A stretch of DNA of 64,000 nt from Meiothermus sp. (lineage in GTDB: Bacteria; Deinococcota; Deinococci; Deinococcales; Thermaceae). Shown piece after piece: positions 1-11,512 of this stretch. The notes under the pieces were generated by a model that was given only the letters and a program-made list of their open reading frames with translations, was not told the origin of the DNA and made no database searches. Both the position numbers and the translations under genes were made by a program. Location of the stretch: positions 1 to 64,000 of the forward strand of contig JANRLD010000098.1 in the NCBI GenBank assembly GCA_033762915.1. Reading direction: 5' to 3'. Position 1 is the first letter of the stretch, and each line of letters opens with the position of its first letter.

Positions 1-858
1 GGGAAGAGCGTGACCGAGCGCTTCGCCAACGACTGCCTGTTCGTGCGCTACGAGCAGAGCCTGCGCGAGGGGGACATATTCATCATCCAGTCCCTCACTC
101 CGCCGGTGCAGGATCACCTCGTCGAGCTGCTGATGATGATCGACGCGGCCAAGAGCAGCAGTGCGGCCCGCGTCACCGCCGTGATCCCCTACTACGCCTA
201 CGCCAGGAGCGACAAAAAGGACGCTCCGCGCATCTCCATCACCGCCCGGCTGGTGGCCGACCTGATCCAGGCCGCTGGGGTGGACCGGGTGCTCACCATG
301 ACCCTGCACTCGGCCCAGGTGCACGGCTTCTTTAAGGTGCCGGTGGACCACCTGTCCGCCGAGCCGGTCATCGCCAACTACTTTGCGACCCACGTCGAGA
401 ACCTCGAGAACTCTGTCGTAGTGGCCCCTGACGCGGGCGACATTAAACGGGCCAGCTCGCTGGGGCGGCGGCTGGCCCTGCCCATCGCCTTTATCGACAA
501 GCAGCGCCTCTCCGACACCGAGGTGACCTCGAGGGGCCTGGTGGGCGATGTGCGCGGCAAGACCGCGCTGGTAGTGGATGACGAGGTGTCCACCGCCGGT
601 ACGCTGGTGCAGGCCGCCCAGTCGCTGATGGACAACGGTGCAGCGGGTGTGTATGCGGCCTTCAGCCACGGGGTCTACGTCGGCCCGGCCATCGACCGCA
701 TCGAGAAGGCCCCCCTGCGTGCGGTCGCGGCCACCAACACCTGCATCTACCCCGCCCGCCCCAGCCCCAAGATCAAACAGCTCAGCGTGGGGCCGCTGTT
801 CGCCGAGGCCATCTGGCGGATTCACCGCGGGGAGTCGGTCTCGAGCCTGTTTACCTGA
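1..858 (+). CDS. prs: Ribose-phosphate pyrophosphokinase (5'-truncated by window edge)
   Basis: Motifs [26 protein letters not shown] and PRT loop [11 protein letters not shown]; frame is open back to base 1. Confidence 0.95.
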   Translation, partial: GKSVTERFANDCLFVRYEQSLREGDIFIIQSLTPPVQDHLVELLMMIDAAKSSSAARVTAVIPYYAYARSDKKDAPRISITARLVADLIQAAGVDRVLTMTLHSAQVHGFFKVPVDHLSAEPVIANYFATHVENLENSVVVAPDAGDIKRASSLGRRLALPIAFIDKQRLSDTEVTSRGLVGDVRGKTALVVDDEVSTAGTLVQAAQSLMDNGAAGVYAAFSHGVYVGPAIDRIEKAPLRAVAATNTCIYPARPSPKIKQLSVGPLFAEAIWRIHRGESVSSLFT

Positions 859-924
859 GGCTCGAGAGGCTGGGGTCGGTCCGAGGGCCGGCCGGGCCTT
901 GGTCGGCGTCGGGCCTGCTCGGCC

Positions 925-1668
925 CTAGGTCAGCAGCAGCCGGAGCCCGCCCAGCAGGGCCAGGGTCAGGGCCATCCATTCGAAGCTGTTCTGGTTGATG
1001 CGGTTCAGCATCCACCGGCCCGCCACGGCCCCCAGCACAACGGCCGGGACCAGCCAGAGGTTGAAGGCCAGCGATTGCGGGGTGATGAGCCCCAGTCCGA
1101 GCGCAAACGGCACCTTGAAGAGGTTGACCACCAGGAAGTACCAGGCGGTGGTGCCCACCACGTTCAGCTTGCTCATTCGCATGGCCAGCATGTACAACAG
1201 CACGAATGGCCCAGCGGCGTTGGCCACCATGGTGGTGAAGCCCGCCGCGGTGCCCATCACCGGCGCGAAGGCCGGGTGGGCCGAGGCGCTGGCGTTGGAG
1301 AGGCCCCGGGCCTTTCGGGCCATCTGCCATAGCATCATCGCCACGATGATCGCCCCCACCAGCCGCGCCACCTGCTGGTCGTTGATAAAGCCGAGCAGCA
1401 CCGCGCCCAGAACTACGCCGGCGGCAGTCCAGGGGAACAGCCGTACCAGCTCGGGCCACTGCACATTCTTGCGCAGCATCGAGACGGCGATGAAGTCCGC
1501 GCAGATCAGCACCGGCAGCAGCGCCCCGGTGGCCTCGCGCGCCGGGATGATGGAGGCGAACAGCACCACCGCCAGCGTGACTGCCCCTGAGAGCCCCGTC
1601 TTGGAGGCCCCGACCAGCCACGCCGCCAACAAGGCCACGGCCCACTGCCCGGCCCCGAAGCCCTCCAT
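925..1668 (-). CDS. Sulfite exporter TauE/SafE family membrane protein
   Basis: 247 aa, hydrophobic, GASKTGLSG and AGFTTMVANAAGP repeats typical of TauE/SafE. Confidence 0.85.
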   Translation of the reverse strand: MEGFGAGQWAVALLAAWLVGASKTGLSGAVTLAVVLFASIIPAREATGALLPVLICADFIAVSMLRKNVQWPELVRLFPWTAAGVVLGAVLLGFINDQQVARLVGAIIVAMMLWQMARKARGLSNASASAHPAFAPVMGTAAGFTTMVANAAGPFVLLYMLAMRMSKLNVVGTTAWYFLVVNLFKVPFALGLGLITPQSLAFNLWLVPAVVLGAVAGRWMLNRINQNSFEWMALTLALLGGLRLLLT

Positions 1669-1733
1669 TAGCGCAACCGCCCCGCCATGGCCCAGAGCTT
1701 ACCCCGAGCGCTGGGGGCGGGCCAAGGACTTCA

Positions 1734-3089
1734 CTACTTGCGGGTCAGGGCGTAGTTGAGCGAAGTGTCCACCTGTGTCAGCCGCAGCACTGGGCCGCCT
1801 CCGGTAATCTCGAAGTAGGCCTCGTAGACCTCGGTTTTGTTCTTGAAGCGGTTGGTCAGGGACATGCGCCAGCCGCTGAGGTTGACCCGGCCCCGGTAGG
1901 TATCGTTATAGAAGGTCTGCGAACCTACGAAGCCGAAGGCCCCGACGTGCTTGGAGGTATAGCTGCCGTCGGCGTTGAAGGCGAACTCGTTGTTGCCGCT
2001 GACCGCGTTCATGCCCGCGCTGGCCCCGGTGAGGGTGTTGTAGTACATGAGGGCGCTGCTGCTGCTCTCGGTCCAGGTGCCAGTGAGGTCGGCGGGCTTG
2101 ACCTGAAACTTGTTGTAGCCCGCCATCCGCCCCACCGCCTCGATGTTGGGGAAGTCGCGCTGGAAGGCCGCGAAGTTGGGGGCCACAACCTGGATGGCGT
2201 AGCCCTGGCCTTTGTTGAAGTGGATGTAGAGGGCCACGTGCTTGGCCTGGCCGGTAGCGGACTCGGTGGCGGAGCTTTCGCCGAAGTAGAGGCAGGTGTA
2301 GCAGATGCCGTTGTCGAAGACCTTCACCGGGCCGTCGGCGCGGTAGCGTCCTGCCACCAGCCGGTTCCAGTAATACATCACCCGCTCCTTCTCGTTGCCG
2401 CTGACCCACATGTTTTCCGGCAGCGGCTGGGCGTAGTGCAGCAATACCAGGGTCTCGCCCTTGGCGACCCGCACGAAGTCGCGCTGTACGGAGGCTGTCC
2501 AGCCGTCGTCGAAGTTGGTGGTGGGGGTGGATATGCTGCGGCCCGCCCCCTGACTGCTGCCCTGGTTGGGGCGGGCAGCTTGCGGCGGGGCCGGGGGTGG
2601 GGCTTGGTTGGTTATGGGGCGGTTGAGCTTGAGCGAGGCGTTGAACTGGTCGAACAGCTCGAGGTGATCCTGGCTGGTAGTCAGATATAGCACGCTTGCC
2701 ACCCGCCCGAGTCCGGTGAAGGTCGAGAGCAGCACAACGATCTGCGTGCCATCCTGGGTGGCCGCCATGCCACCGACCAGGTTCTGGTAGCCCCCGTTCA
2801 CCGGGCCAGCCTCGACCGTGGCCTCTCCCCGCAGACCCAGCCCCTCGTTCACCAGGCGTTTCCATTCGCCCTGGAAGTTTTGCTTGGCGTCGCTGCCCGC
2901 CACAACGCTGGTGTATAGCGCGATCAGCCCGAAGGCCTCGGGGGTCTGGAGGGCGTGCATCACCCCTCCCTCGAGGGGGGTCTTCTTCCATCCGGGCGGA
3001 GGGGTGTACTCAAAGACGTCGAGGGTGTCGGCCAGGGCTGTGCCGGCCAGGGCCACCGCAATCAGGGCTAGGGAGCGGAGCAGCTTCAC
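1734..3089 (-). CDS. Secreted hypothetical protein (signal peptide, Pro-rich linker, two domains)
   Basis: GTG start with AGGAGG RBS; N-terminal KLLRSLALIAVALAGTALA signal; APPPAPPQ linker. Confidence 0.8.
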   Translation of the reverse strand: MKLLRSLALIAVALAGTALADTLDVFEYTPPPGWKKTPLEGGVMHALQTPEAFGLIALYTSVVAGSDAKQNFQGEWKRLVNEGLGLRGEATVEAGPVNGGYQNLVGGMAATQDGTQIVVLLSTFTGLGRVASVLYLTTSQDHLELFDQFNASLKLNRPITNQAPPPAPPQAARPNQGSSQGAGRSISTPTTNFDDGWTASVQRDFVRVAKGETLVLLHYAQPLPENMWVSGNEKERVMYYWNRLVAGRYRADGPVKVFDNGICYTCLYFGESSATESATGQAKHVALYIHFNKGQGYAIQVVAPNFAAFQRDFPNIEAVGRMAGYNKFQVKPADLTGTWTESSSSALMYYNTLTGASAGMNAVSGNNEFAFNADGSYTSKHVGAFGFVGSQTFYNDTYRGRVNLSGWRMSLTNRFKNKTEVYEAYFEITGGGPVLRLTQVDTSLNYALTRK

Positions 3090-3216
3090 GAAAGACCTCC
3101 TATGGTTTTAGTGTAGGCGCACCTCCGTCACTGGGGCGTTATCCATGCACCAGCTCAGTGTCACCCTGGTCACGCACCTCCCGGCTGCCTTGGGCCATGG
3201 CTTCGGACAGTAAATG

Positions 3217-3248
3217 AAAACCCCCTCTCCAGAGCGAGAAGGGGTTCA
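3217..3248 (-). terminator. Probable intrinsic terminator of lon
   Basis: AACCCCCTCTC/GAGAAGGGGTT hairpin followed by a T-rich tract on the minus strand just after the lon stop. Confidence 0.6.
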
Positions 3249-3260
3249 AGTTGAGGTGCT

Positions 3261-5639
<2,379 letters not shown>

Positions 5640-5805
5640 TTCGTTTTACCTCATGTTCCGCCTGAGAGGGCTCGTCTTTTCGGCGGCTGAAAGACGAGGC
5701 GGACTTGACTTAATCATAACGTCTGAAGTAGCCGATCAAGCCCTATATGCACACAGTCTACAAACCGGATGTTACATGAAAGGGTCAAATCTTACACTTA
5801 GGCTA

Positions 5806-5826
5806 GTTGAGTGCTTGAGACTCAAG
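5806..5826. promoter_or_regulatory. HAIR (HspR-associated inverted repeat) upstream of lon
   Basis: GTTGAGT-N7-ACTCAAG, one mismatch to consensus CTTGAGT-N7-ACTCAAG. Confidence 0.75.
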
Positions 5827-5896
5827 ATTCGTTTAGGAATTGTTGGGCCTTGAGTTGAAAAATACATCCTGTACCCCGCGGTCTAGATCTGTGTAT

Positions 5897-6115
5897 TCAG
5901 GCGTTTTGGGCAATACGCTCGACGCCGTTCACGTTGCCCAGGATCAGCTCAATCCTGAGGAACTCACCCGCCTTAGGGGCCGGGCTGAGAAAGGTGTCCT
6001 GAAATCGCAAGCGCCTGCCGCCCACAGAGGTCTGCACGACAACGTCGTAAAAAACCGCACCGTGGATGCTGGCGACCTGTGCGGCGACGACCTGGCCCTC
6101 GAGGGTCTCGTACAT
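5897..6115 (-). CDS. Small hypothetical protein (72 aa, MYETLEGQ...)
   Basis: ATG at 6115 lies 6 nt after a TATGCT -10 motif; beta-strand-rich composition. Confidence 0.55.
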   Translation of the reverse strand: MYETLEGQVVAAQVASIHGAVFYDVVVQTSVGGRRLRFQDTFLSPAPKAGEFLRIELILGNVNGVERIAQNA

Positions 6116-6225
6116 GCCCTCAGCATAGGCAGTAAAGACAAAAGTGAAAAGGGGAAAGCAACTCCGAGGTTGCAGGGCCCACCGCGGTCTCCCTCTTGCG
6201 GCCCGCAGCACGCTACAATTCGGGT

Positions 6226-6708
6226 GTGATCTTGGCGGCCAAGTCTACCTACCGTATCGGAGTGATCTCCGACACCCATGGCCTGCTGCGCCCTCAGGCG
6301 CTGGTAGCCCTGCGCGGCTCGGACTTGATCGTGCACGCGGGGGACGTGGACGGGCCGGAAGTCCTCGAGGGGCTGCGCCGGCTGGCCCCGGTAGTGGCGG
6401 TGCGCGGGAACGTGGACAGGGGAGCTTTTGGAGTCTCGCTGAAGGAGGTGGAGTTTATCGAGGTCGGCGGCCTGACGCTGTACGTGCGGCACATTCTGGA
6501 TGAACTCGACCTTGAGCCCGCGGCGGCCGGGTTCGCGGCGGTGATCTACGGACACTCGCACGTTCCCTCGGTCGAGGTCCGGCGCGGGGTGGTCTACTTC
6601 AACCCCGGTTCGGCGGGGCCAAAGCGCTTCAGCCTGCCGGTCAGTCTGGGGGTAATTCTGGTCGAAGGCGGGCGGGTCGAGGCACGGCTGATCGAACTCG
6701 AGGGCTGA
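6226..6708 (+). CDS. Metallophosphoesterase (YfcE/MJ0936 family)
   Basis: SDTHG, HAGD, VRGNVD, YGHSH and NPGS motifs; GTG start 6 nt after TACAAT. Confidence 0.9.
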   Translation: MILAAKSTYRIGVISDTHGLLRPQALVALRGSDLIVHAGDVDGPEVLEGLRRLAPVVAVRGNVDRGAFGVSLKEVEFIEVGGLTLYVRHILDELDLEPAAAGFAAVIYGHSHVPSVEVRRGVVYFNPGSAGPKRFSLPVSLGVILVEGGRVEARLIELEG

Positions 6709-6835
6709 ACCGGTGTCACTTCGCCCTCGGACTTCGGCCCTTAGCCTCTTGCCCGTTACTTAAACCCCATTAACTCAGGTCAAATACCCGGCCTACTCCC
6801 TTGCGGTCTTCTTAAAGTGTGGAGGGCAAGGGAAG

Positions 6836-7000
6836 ATGCGTCAACTTACCCGTACTTTCACCACGCTGAGCCTTTTGGGGCTTCTGTTGCTATGCACCGC
6901 CTGCGGCGGCCAGGCCCAGCCCCCGATCGTCGAGCCCAGCATCAGCAGCGCCCCAATCACCGCGCCGGGCTACCCCGAAGAGTCTCCGCCGAAAAAGTAG
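6836..7000 (+). CDS. Small lipoprotein (54 aa), absent from the ORF track
   Basis: GGAGG RBS at 6821; MRQLTRTFTTLSLLGLLLLCTAC|GGQAQPP...: basic N-terminus, hydrophobic core, lipobox-like CTAC. Confidence 0.65.
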   Translation: MRQLTRTFTTLSLLGLLLLCTACGGQAQPPIVEPSISSAPITAPGYPEESPPKK

Positions 7001-7153
7001 CCCGAGACCCCCAAGCTCGAGCCAGACCTTCAGGCTGAAACCCGGGCCCGGAGGTTCTTTTGTAACTGAATTAACTTCAAAATTGCACCCCGCATAACTA
7101 CTAGGTCTAACCGAACTGGGCTAGACTAGAGCAACAGACTCGGAAGCCGCCCC

Positions 7154-7168
7154 TTGTACCCGGTCAAA
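7154..7168. promoter_or_regulatory. Putative FadR (TetR family) operator at the fadD promoter
   Basis: TTGTACCCGGTCAAA, one mismatch to my recollection of the T. thermophilus FadR consensus TTRNACYNRGTNYAA; upstream of a TAGACT -10 at 7176. Confidence 0.45.
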
Positions 7169-7229
7169 GACAGGCTAGACTTGGGGCACCTTCCCGATCT
7201 ATGGCCGGATGGCCGACCTAGGAGTGGCG

Positions 7230-8906
7230 ATGCAGAAATCCTGGCTCCAACACTACGACGCGGGCGTTCCGGCCGACATTCAGTACCCGCAGGTTCCATT
7301 GTGGAAGCTGCTGGCCGAGGCGGCCCAAAAGTTCCCGGACAACGTGGCGCTCGAGTTCCTCGGCTCCAACATGGGCTACCGTGCCCTCTGGGACAACGTT
7401 CAAAGGTTCGCCGGCGCCCTAAAGGCCAATGGGCTCCAGCCTGGCGACCGAGTGGCGATCATGCTGCCCAACTGTCCGCAGTTCGTGGTGGCTTTCTACG
7501 GCACTCTAGCGGCCGGCGGGGTTTGCGTCAACGTAAACCCGCTGTACACGCCTCGAGAGCTGAGGCACCAGCTCAAAGACGCGGGGGCCGAGACCCTGGT
7601 AATCCTCGACATGCTCTGGCCGCGCTATGCCGAGGTGGAGGGCGAGGTGCCGGTTAAGCGCGTCTACACCACCGGGATTCAGGACTACCTGCCCTTCCCC
7701 AAGAATCTGCTCTTTCCCCTCAAGATGCGCCGGGAGAAGCGCTGGGTCAATCTGCCCGCCCACCCCAAGCGCACCGATTTCAAGGCCGCGCTTAGGGCCT
7801 CTACCCTCATCGCCCAGCCCCACCCGGCCCAGCCTGACGACCTGGCCTTGTTGCAGTACACCGGCGGAACCACCGGCGTCTCCAAGGGCGCAATGCTCTC
7901 GCACCGCAACCTGGTCGCCAACACCTACCAGAGCTTGGCTTGGTCTCCGGAATCCAAGGCCATGGAGGGTAAGGGCGTCATGCTGGGCGCGATTCCTTTC
8001 TTTCATGTCTACGGCATGACCGTCTCGATGAGCTACGGGCTCACGCTGGGCTACAAGATCGTGATGTTGCCGCGTCCGGAAGTGGGGCCTTGCGTCGAGG
8101 CCATTGAGAAGCACGGTGTGACCCACTTCCCCGGCGTCCCCACCTTGTACGTGGGGTTCAACAACTTCCCCAGCATCGAGAAGCGCAAAATTGGCTCGGT
8201 GAAGGTCTGTAACTCCGGCTCCGCGCCGCTGCCCCTCGAGGTCATCGAGCAGTTTGAGCGGCTGACCGGCGGCAAGATCGTCGAGGGGTATGGGCTGACC
8301 GAGGCCGCACCCTGCACCCATTGCAACCCCGTCAACGGCCTGCGTAAGAAGGGCAGCATCGGCCTGCCGATGAGCGGGATTGACGCCAAAGTGCTGGACG
8401 AAGACCTGCGCGAGCTGCCACCGGGCGAGGTGGGCGAGCTGGCCCTGCGCGGCGACAACATCATGATGGGCTACTGGGGCCGCCCCGAGGAGACCGCCAA
8501 AACCATCAAGATTGACTGGCTGCTGACGGGCGACATGGCCAGGGTGGACGAGGACGGCTACTTCTACATCGTGGACCGCAAAAAAGACATGATCATCGCT
8601 GGCGGCTACAACATCTACCCCCGCGAGGTTGAGGAAGTGCTGTACGCCCACCCCGCCGTTCAGGAAGCCGCTGTGATTGGGGTACCCGACGCCTATCGGG
8701 GTGAGAGCGTGGCCGCCTTTGTGGTCTTTAAGCCCGGCCAGAGTGCGACCAAGGAAGACCTTGACAAGTTCTGCCGCGAGAACCTGGCTGCCTACAAGAT
8801 TCCACGCTCATACGATTTCCGCAGCGAGCTGCCCAAGAGCGCAGTGGGCAAAGTGCTGCGCCGAGAGCTGCGCGAACTGATCGCCAAGGAACCCATCAAG
8901 AGCTAA
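7230..8906 (+). CDS. fadD: Long-chain fatty acid--CoA ligase
   Basis: AMP-binding motif LQYTGGTTGVSKG, EGYGLTE, TGD...VDRKKD, PKSAVGK; AGGAG RBS. Confidence 0.92.
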   Translation: MQKSWLQHYDAGVPADIQYPQVPLWKLLAEAAQKFPDNVALEFLGSNMGYRALWDNVQRFAGALKANGLQPGDRVAIMLPNCPQFVVAFYGTLAAGGVCVNVNPLYTPRELRHQLKDAGAETLVILDMLWPRYAEVEGEVPVKRVYTTGIQDYLPFPKNLLFPLKMRREKRWVNLPAHPKRTDFKAALRASTLIAQPHPAQPDDLALLQYTGGTTGVSKGAMLSHRNLVANTYQSLAWSPESKAMEGKGVMLGAIPFFHVYGMTVSMSYGLTLGYKIVMLPRPEVGPCVEAIEKHGVTHFPGVPTLYVGFNNFPSIEKRKIGSVKVCNSGSAPLPLEVIEQFERLTGGKIVEGYGLTEAAPCTHCNPVNGLRKKGSIGLPMSGIDAKVLDEDLRELPPGEVGELALRGDNIMMGYWGRPEETAKTIKIDWLLTGDMARVDEDGYFYIVDRKKDMIIAGGYNIYPREVEEVLYAHPAVQEAAVIGVPDAYRGESVAAFVVFKPGQSATKEDLDKFCRENLAAYKIPRSYDFRSELPKSAVGKVLRRELRELIAKEPIKS

Positions 8907-8943
8907 GTTGCGTCTGCACTGGTGCACAACCCGGCGTTTTGCA

Positions 8944-8974
8944 GGCTGGGTGCGGGCAAAATCCCGCACCAGCC
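8944..8974. terminator. GC-rich hairpin downstream of fadD
   Basis: GGCTG-GGTGCGGG/CCCGCACC-AGCC inverted repeat; no clear U tract. Confidence 0.4.
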
Positions 8975-9142
8975 CAGGTCGGGCCGTCGGCAAGACTCCT
9001 CAGCAAGACCCCCCAGGAGGGACTGCCGGCAGTTCGCAGATTGATTTTCGCAACACCCTACCCCTCGAGGCAAACCGGGGAGTGGATTTCAGCCCTAAAG
9101 GTCTCTGCGAAGCATTGAAAAACAGCCGCTGTCGGTCTGATC

Positions 9143-9230
9143 GCGTTTCCCTCCAATACTCCGCACCGTGGCCGGAGTATTGCACTTGGTACGGCAGTTT
9201 TTTGCCCTACCGAGTGCTCGTGGGAACCGC
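9143..9230 (-). repeat. Dispersed palindromic element, copy A
   Basis: Minus strand GCGGTTCCCAC...GGAGGGAAACGC with two internal hairpins; aligns by eye to 43677-43746 and 60441-60548. Confidence 0.8.
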
Positions 9231-9317
9231 AAAGAGGAAGTCTGACTGAGCACATAAATCGTTCACTAACTGACTATCGTGAAAACAAGCACATAGATGG
9301 TGACGCTTTGATTTACG

Positions 9318-10223
9318 TCAGTCCAGCACGAAGCGTGGCTCTTTTGCATGCAACCTAACCCGGCGAATAATCCGCTGGTCTTGATTGGTGGCTTCGTCGG
9401 TGGTGGCGGTGACGGTGACGTAGGGGCGCATGGGGCTGTTGAGCACTTTGCGGGTGAGGACTTCCTCGACCTGGAAGATGCCGGCTGAGTTGTTCATCTT
9501 CACCCGGATCTCTACCGGTACGTTCTCGCCGGTCATGATCTGCACCTCGTCCACCGCCAGGGCGCTGATCGAGTGGATATCCACCGAGCCCAGCGCGAAG
9601 GCCTTGCGTCCGCGTCCCTTGGTGATGTCGGTGCCGTCGGCGACGGCGGTGATGCCGGCCTCGATGGTCAGGGGTTCGGGGCTGAGGTCGTGACAGGCGA
9701 TGGAGTGCAGCATAAAGGCCCGCAACTCGACGCGCTGCTCGGGGTCGCGGTAGAGCTTGGCCAGGATGCGGTCGAGGATGGGGATTGAGAGGTGGACGCT
9801 GTGCATCTCGTGACCCACCCGGTGAACCTGGTTGCCGATGTCGTGCAGCATGGTGGAGAGCAGCACCACCACGAAGCAGTCCTCCACATCGCCAAAGTTG
9901 CCCTCGAGCACGTCCGGCCTCACCCCGTGGTCGAGCAGCAGCTGCAGAATGTCCACGCTGGCCGCCCCGGTCAGCAGGGCGTGCACCCGCCCGTGGTCGT
10001 TGTAACCCAGCTTGCGCACGGTGATGTAGTTGGCCATATCCCAGTGGCCCCGGGCCTCGGGGTCCTGGGAGATCATCTCGTAGGCTTGAAGCGCCTTGGG
10101 GTGGCGCTGCAAAACCTCGCGGATGGCCTGGTCGGCCTCGAGGTAGAGCTTGGCCTTGGGACTGGATACCGAGACGGTGCGCTCGGAGAAGGTCGGGGCC
10201 GGGGTCGGGGGCTTGTCGCTCAT
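9318..10223 (-). CDS. HD-superfamily metal-dependent phosphohydrolase
   Basis: LGYNDHGRVH, MLHDIGN, ADGTD motifs; start MSDKPP chosen. Confidence 0.85.
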   Translation of the reverse strand: MSDKPPTPAPTFSERTVSVSSPKAKLYLEADQAIREVLQRHPKALQAYEMISQDPEARGHWDMANYITVRKLGYNDHGRVHALLTGAASVDILQLLLDHGVRPDVLEGNFGDVEDCFVVVLLSTMLHDIGNQVHRVGHEMHSVHLSIPILDRILAKLYRDPEQRVELRAFMLHSIACHDLSPEPLTIEAGITAVADGTDITKGRGRKAFALGSVDIHSISALAVDEVQIMTGENVPVEIRVKMNNSAGIFQVEEVLTRKVLNSPMRPYVTVTATTDEATNQDQRIIRRVRLHAKEPRFVLD

Positions 10224-10319
10224 TAGAGAATAGGGTACTACGGCAGAACGGCGAGGAATGGGTGGGAAAAGAGGAGTACGGAGCAACCCCACCCGCCGTG
10301 CCTTCCCTTTCCTCTAGAT

Positions 10320-11126
10320 TTACTCGCCCTTGAACACCGCGGCCCGCTTCTCCAGGAAGGCCCGGGTCCCCTCGCGCATGTCCTGGGTAGAGCAGGAGAG
10401 CCCGAAGAGGTCGGCCTCGATCTCGAGGGCTTCCTGCAGGTCCAGCGCTTCGCCGCGCCCGACCGACTCTTTCGCCAAGGCCAGTGCCACCGGCCCGTTC
10501 TTTAGGATGGCGCGGGCTATCTCGAGGGCGGCCTCGAGGGCGCTCTCGGCTACGCGGTTGACCAGACCCAGTCCGAGGGCCTCCTCGGCAGGGACGTGCC
10601 GCCCGGTGAAGATGAGGTCGAGCGCACGTCCGCGCCCGATTAGGCGGGGCAGCCGCTGGGTGCCGCCAAAGCCGGGGATGATGCCCAGCCCCACCTCGGG
10701 CAGGCCCAGCTTGGCCTTGCTGCTGGCCGTGCGCAGGTCGCAGGCCAGGGCCAGCTCGAGGCCGCCCCCCAGCGCGAAACCGTTGATGGCCGCGATGGTG
10801 GGGAAAGGCAGGTTGGCGACCTCGGTGAAAACGGTCTGGCCCATCAGGGCGAACTCCCTGGCCGCGAAAACGTCTTGTACCTCGGCGATCTGGGAGATGT
10901 CAGCGCCCGCCACGAAGGCCCGGTCGCCGTCTCCGGTGAAGATGGCCACCCGCACCTCGGGGTCTTGGGTTAGCACATCTACGGCCTGGGCCAGCTCGAT
11001 CAGCACATCCTGATTAAGCGCGTTGAGGGCCTTTGGGCGGGTGACGGTGACGGTGGCGATGTGGTCTTCGACCTTGTACTGCAAGAACTCGAACTCCGGC
11101 AACTCCATTTCGTAGGTGTCGTTCAT
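10320..11126 (-). CDS. Enoyl-CoA hydratase (crotonase family)
   Basis: RPKALNAL, AFVAGADI, GGGLELALACD, PEVGLGIIPGFGGTQRL; ATG 7 nt after TAGACT. Confidence 0.93.
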   Translation of the reverse strand: MNDTYEMELPEFEFLQYKVEDHIATVTVTRPKALNALNQDVLIELAQAVDVLTQDPEVRVAIFTGDGDRAFVAGADISQIAEVQDVFAAREFALMGQTVFTEVANLPFPTIAAINGFALGGGLELALACDLRTASSKAKLGLPEVGLGIIPGFGGTQRLPRLIGRGRALDLIFTGRHVPAEEALGLGLVNRVAESALEAALEIARAILKNGPVALALAKESVGRGEALDLQEALEIEADLFGLSCSTQDMREGTRAFLEKRAAVFKGE

Positions 11127-11512
11127 AGGGGAGAGTCTAGCAGAGGGGAGGTGGAATGGATGGACGACGCGAGTAGCAGGGCTGGCCCGGGGCCAAATAT
11201 CGCATAGAGTAAAACCTCGAGCTGGCCTCGAGCATGTGGCTAAAGTCTCTTCGTTACCACTACAAACCGTCGTCCTGGAAGGGCTGCGGGCGATTGCCGC
11301 CGTCCTCGAATCCATGCGTGCACCGTGCTTGCTCCGTGGAATGCGGGTGCCTACCTCTACTGGCTGAGCCAGGACCCTGGCTCATTTGAGTGGCCCCATA
11401 GGGTCCTCCAACTGCGTACTGCTGGGCCCACGGAGGGCACGTTAGCTTCTGGCTTTCCTGGGGCACCATGCAGGTGCTTGAATGCAGAAGCGGATCGATG
11501 CCACCTCGGGCA

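Noticed and set aside
5791..5826. CIRCE element upstream of lon
   Set aside because: Poor match to TTAGCACTC-N9-GAGTGCTAA; HAIR fits much better.
9084..9095. GGATTTCAGCCC shared with about 35200 as a REP family
   Set aside because: Only a 12-bp match with weak flanking similarity; could be chance.
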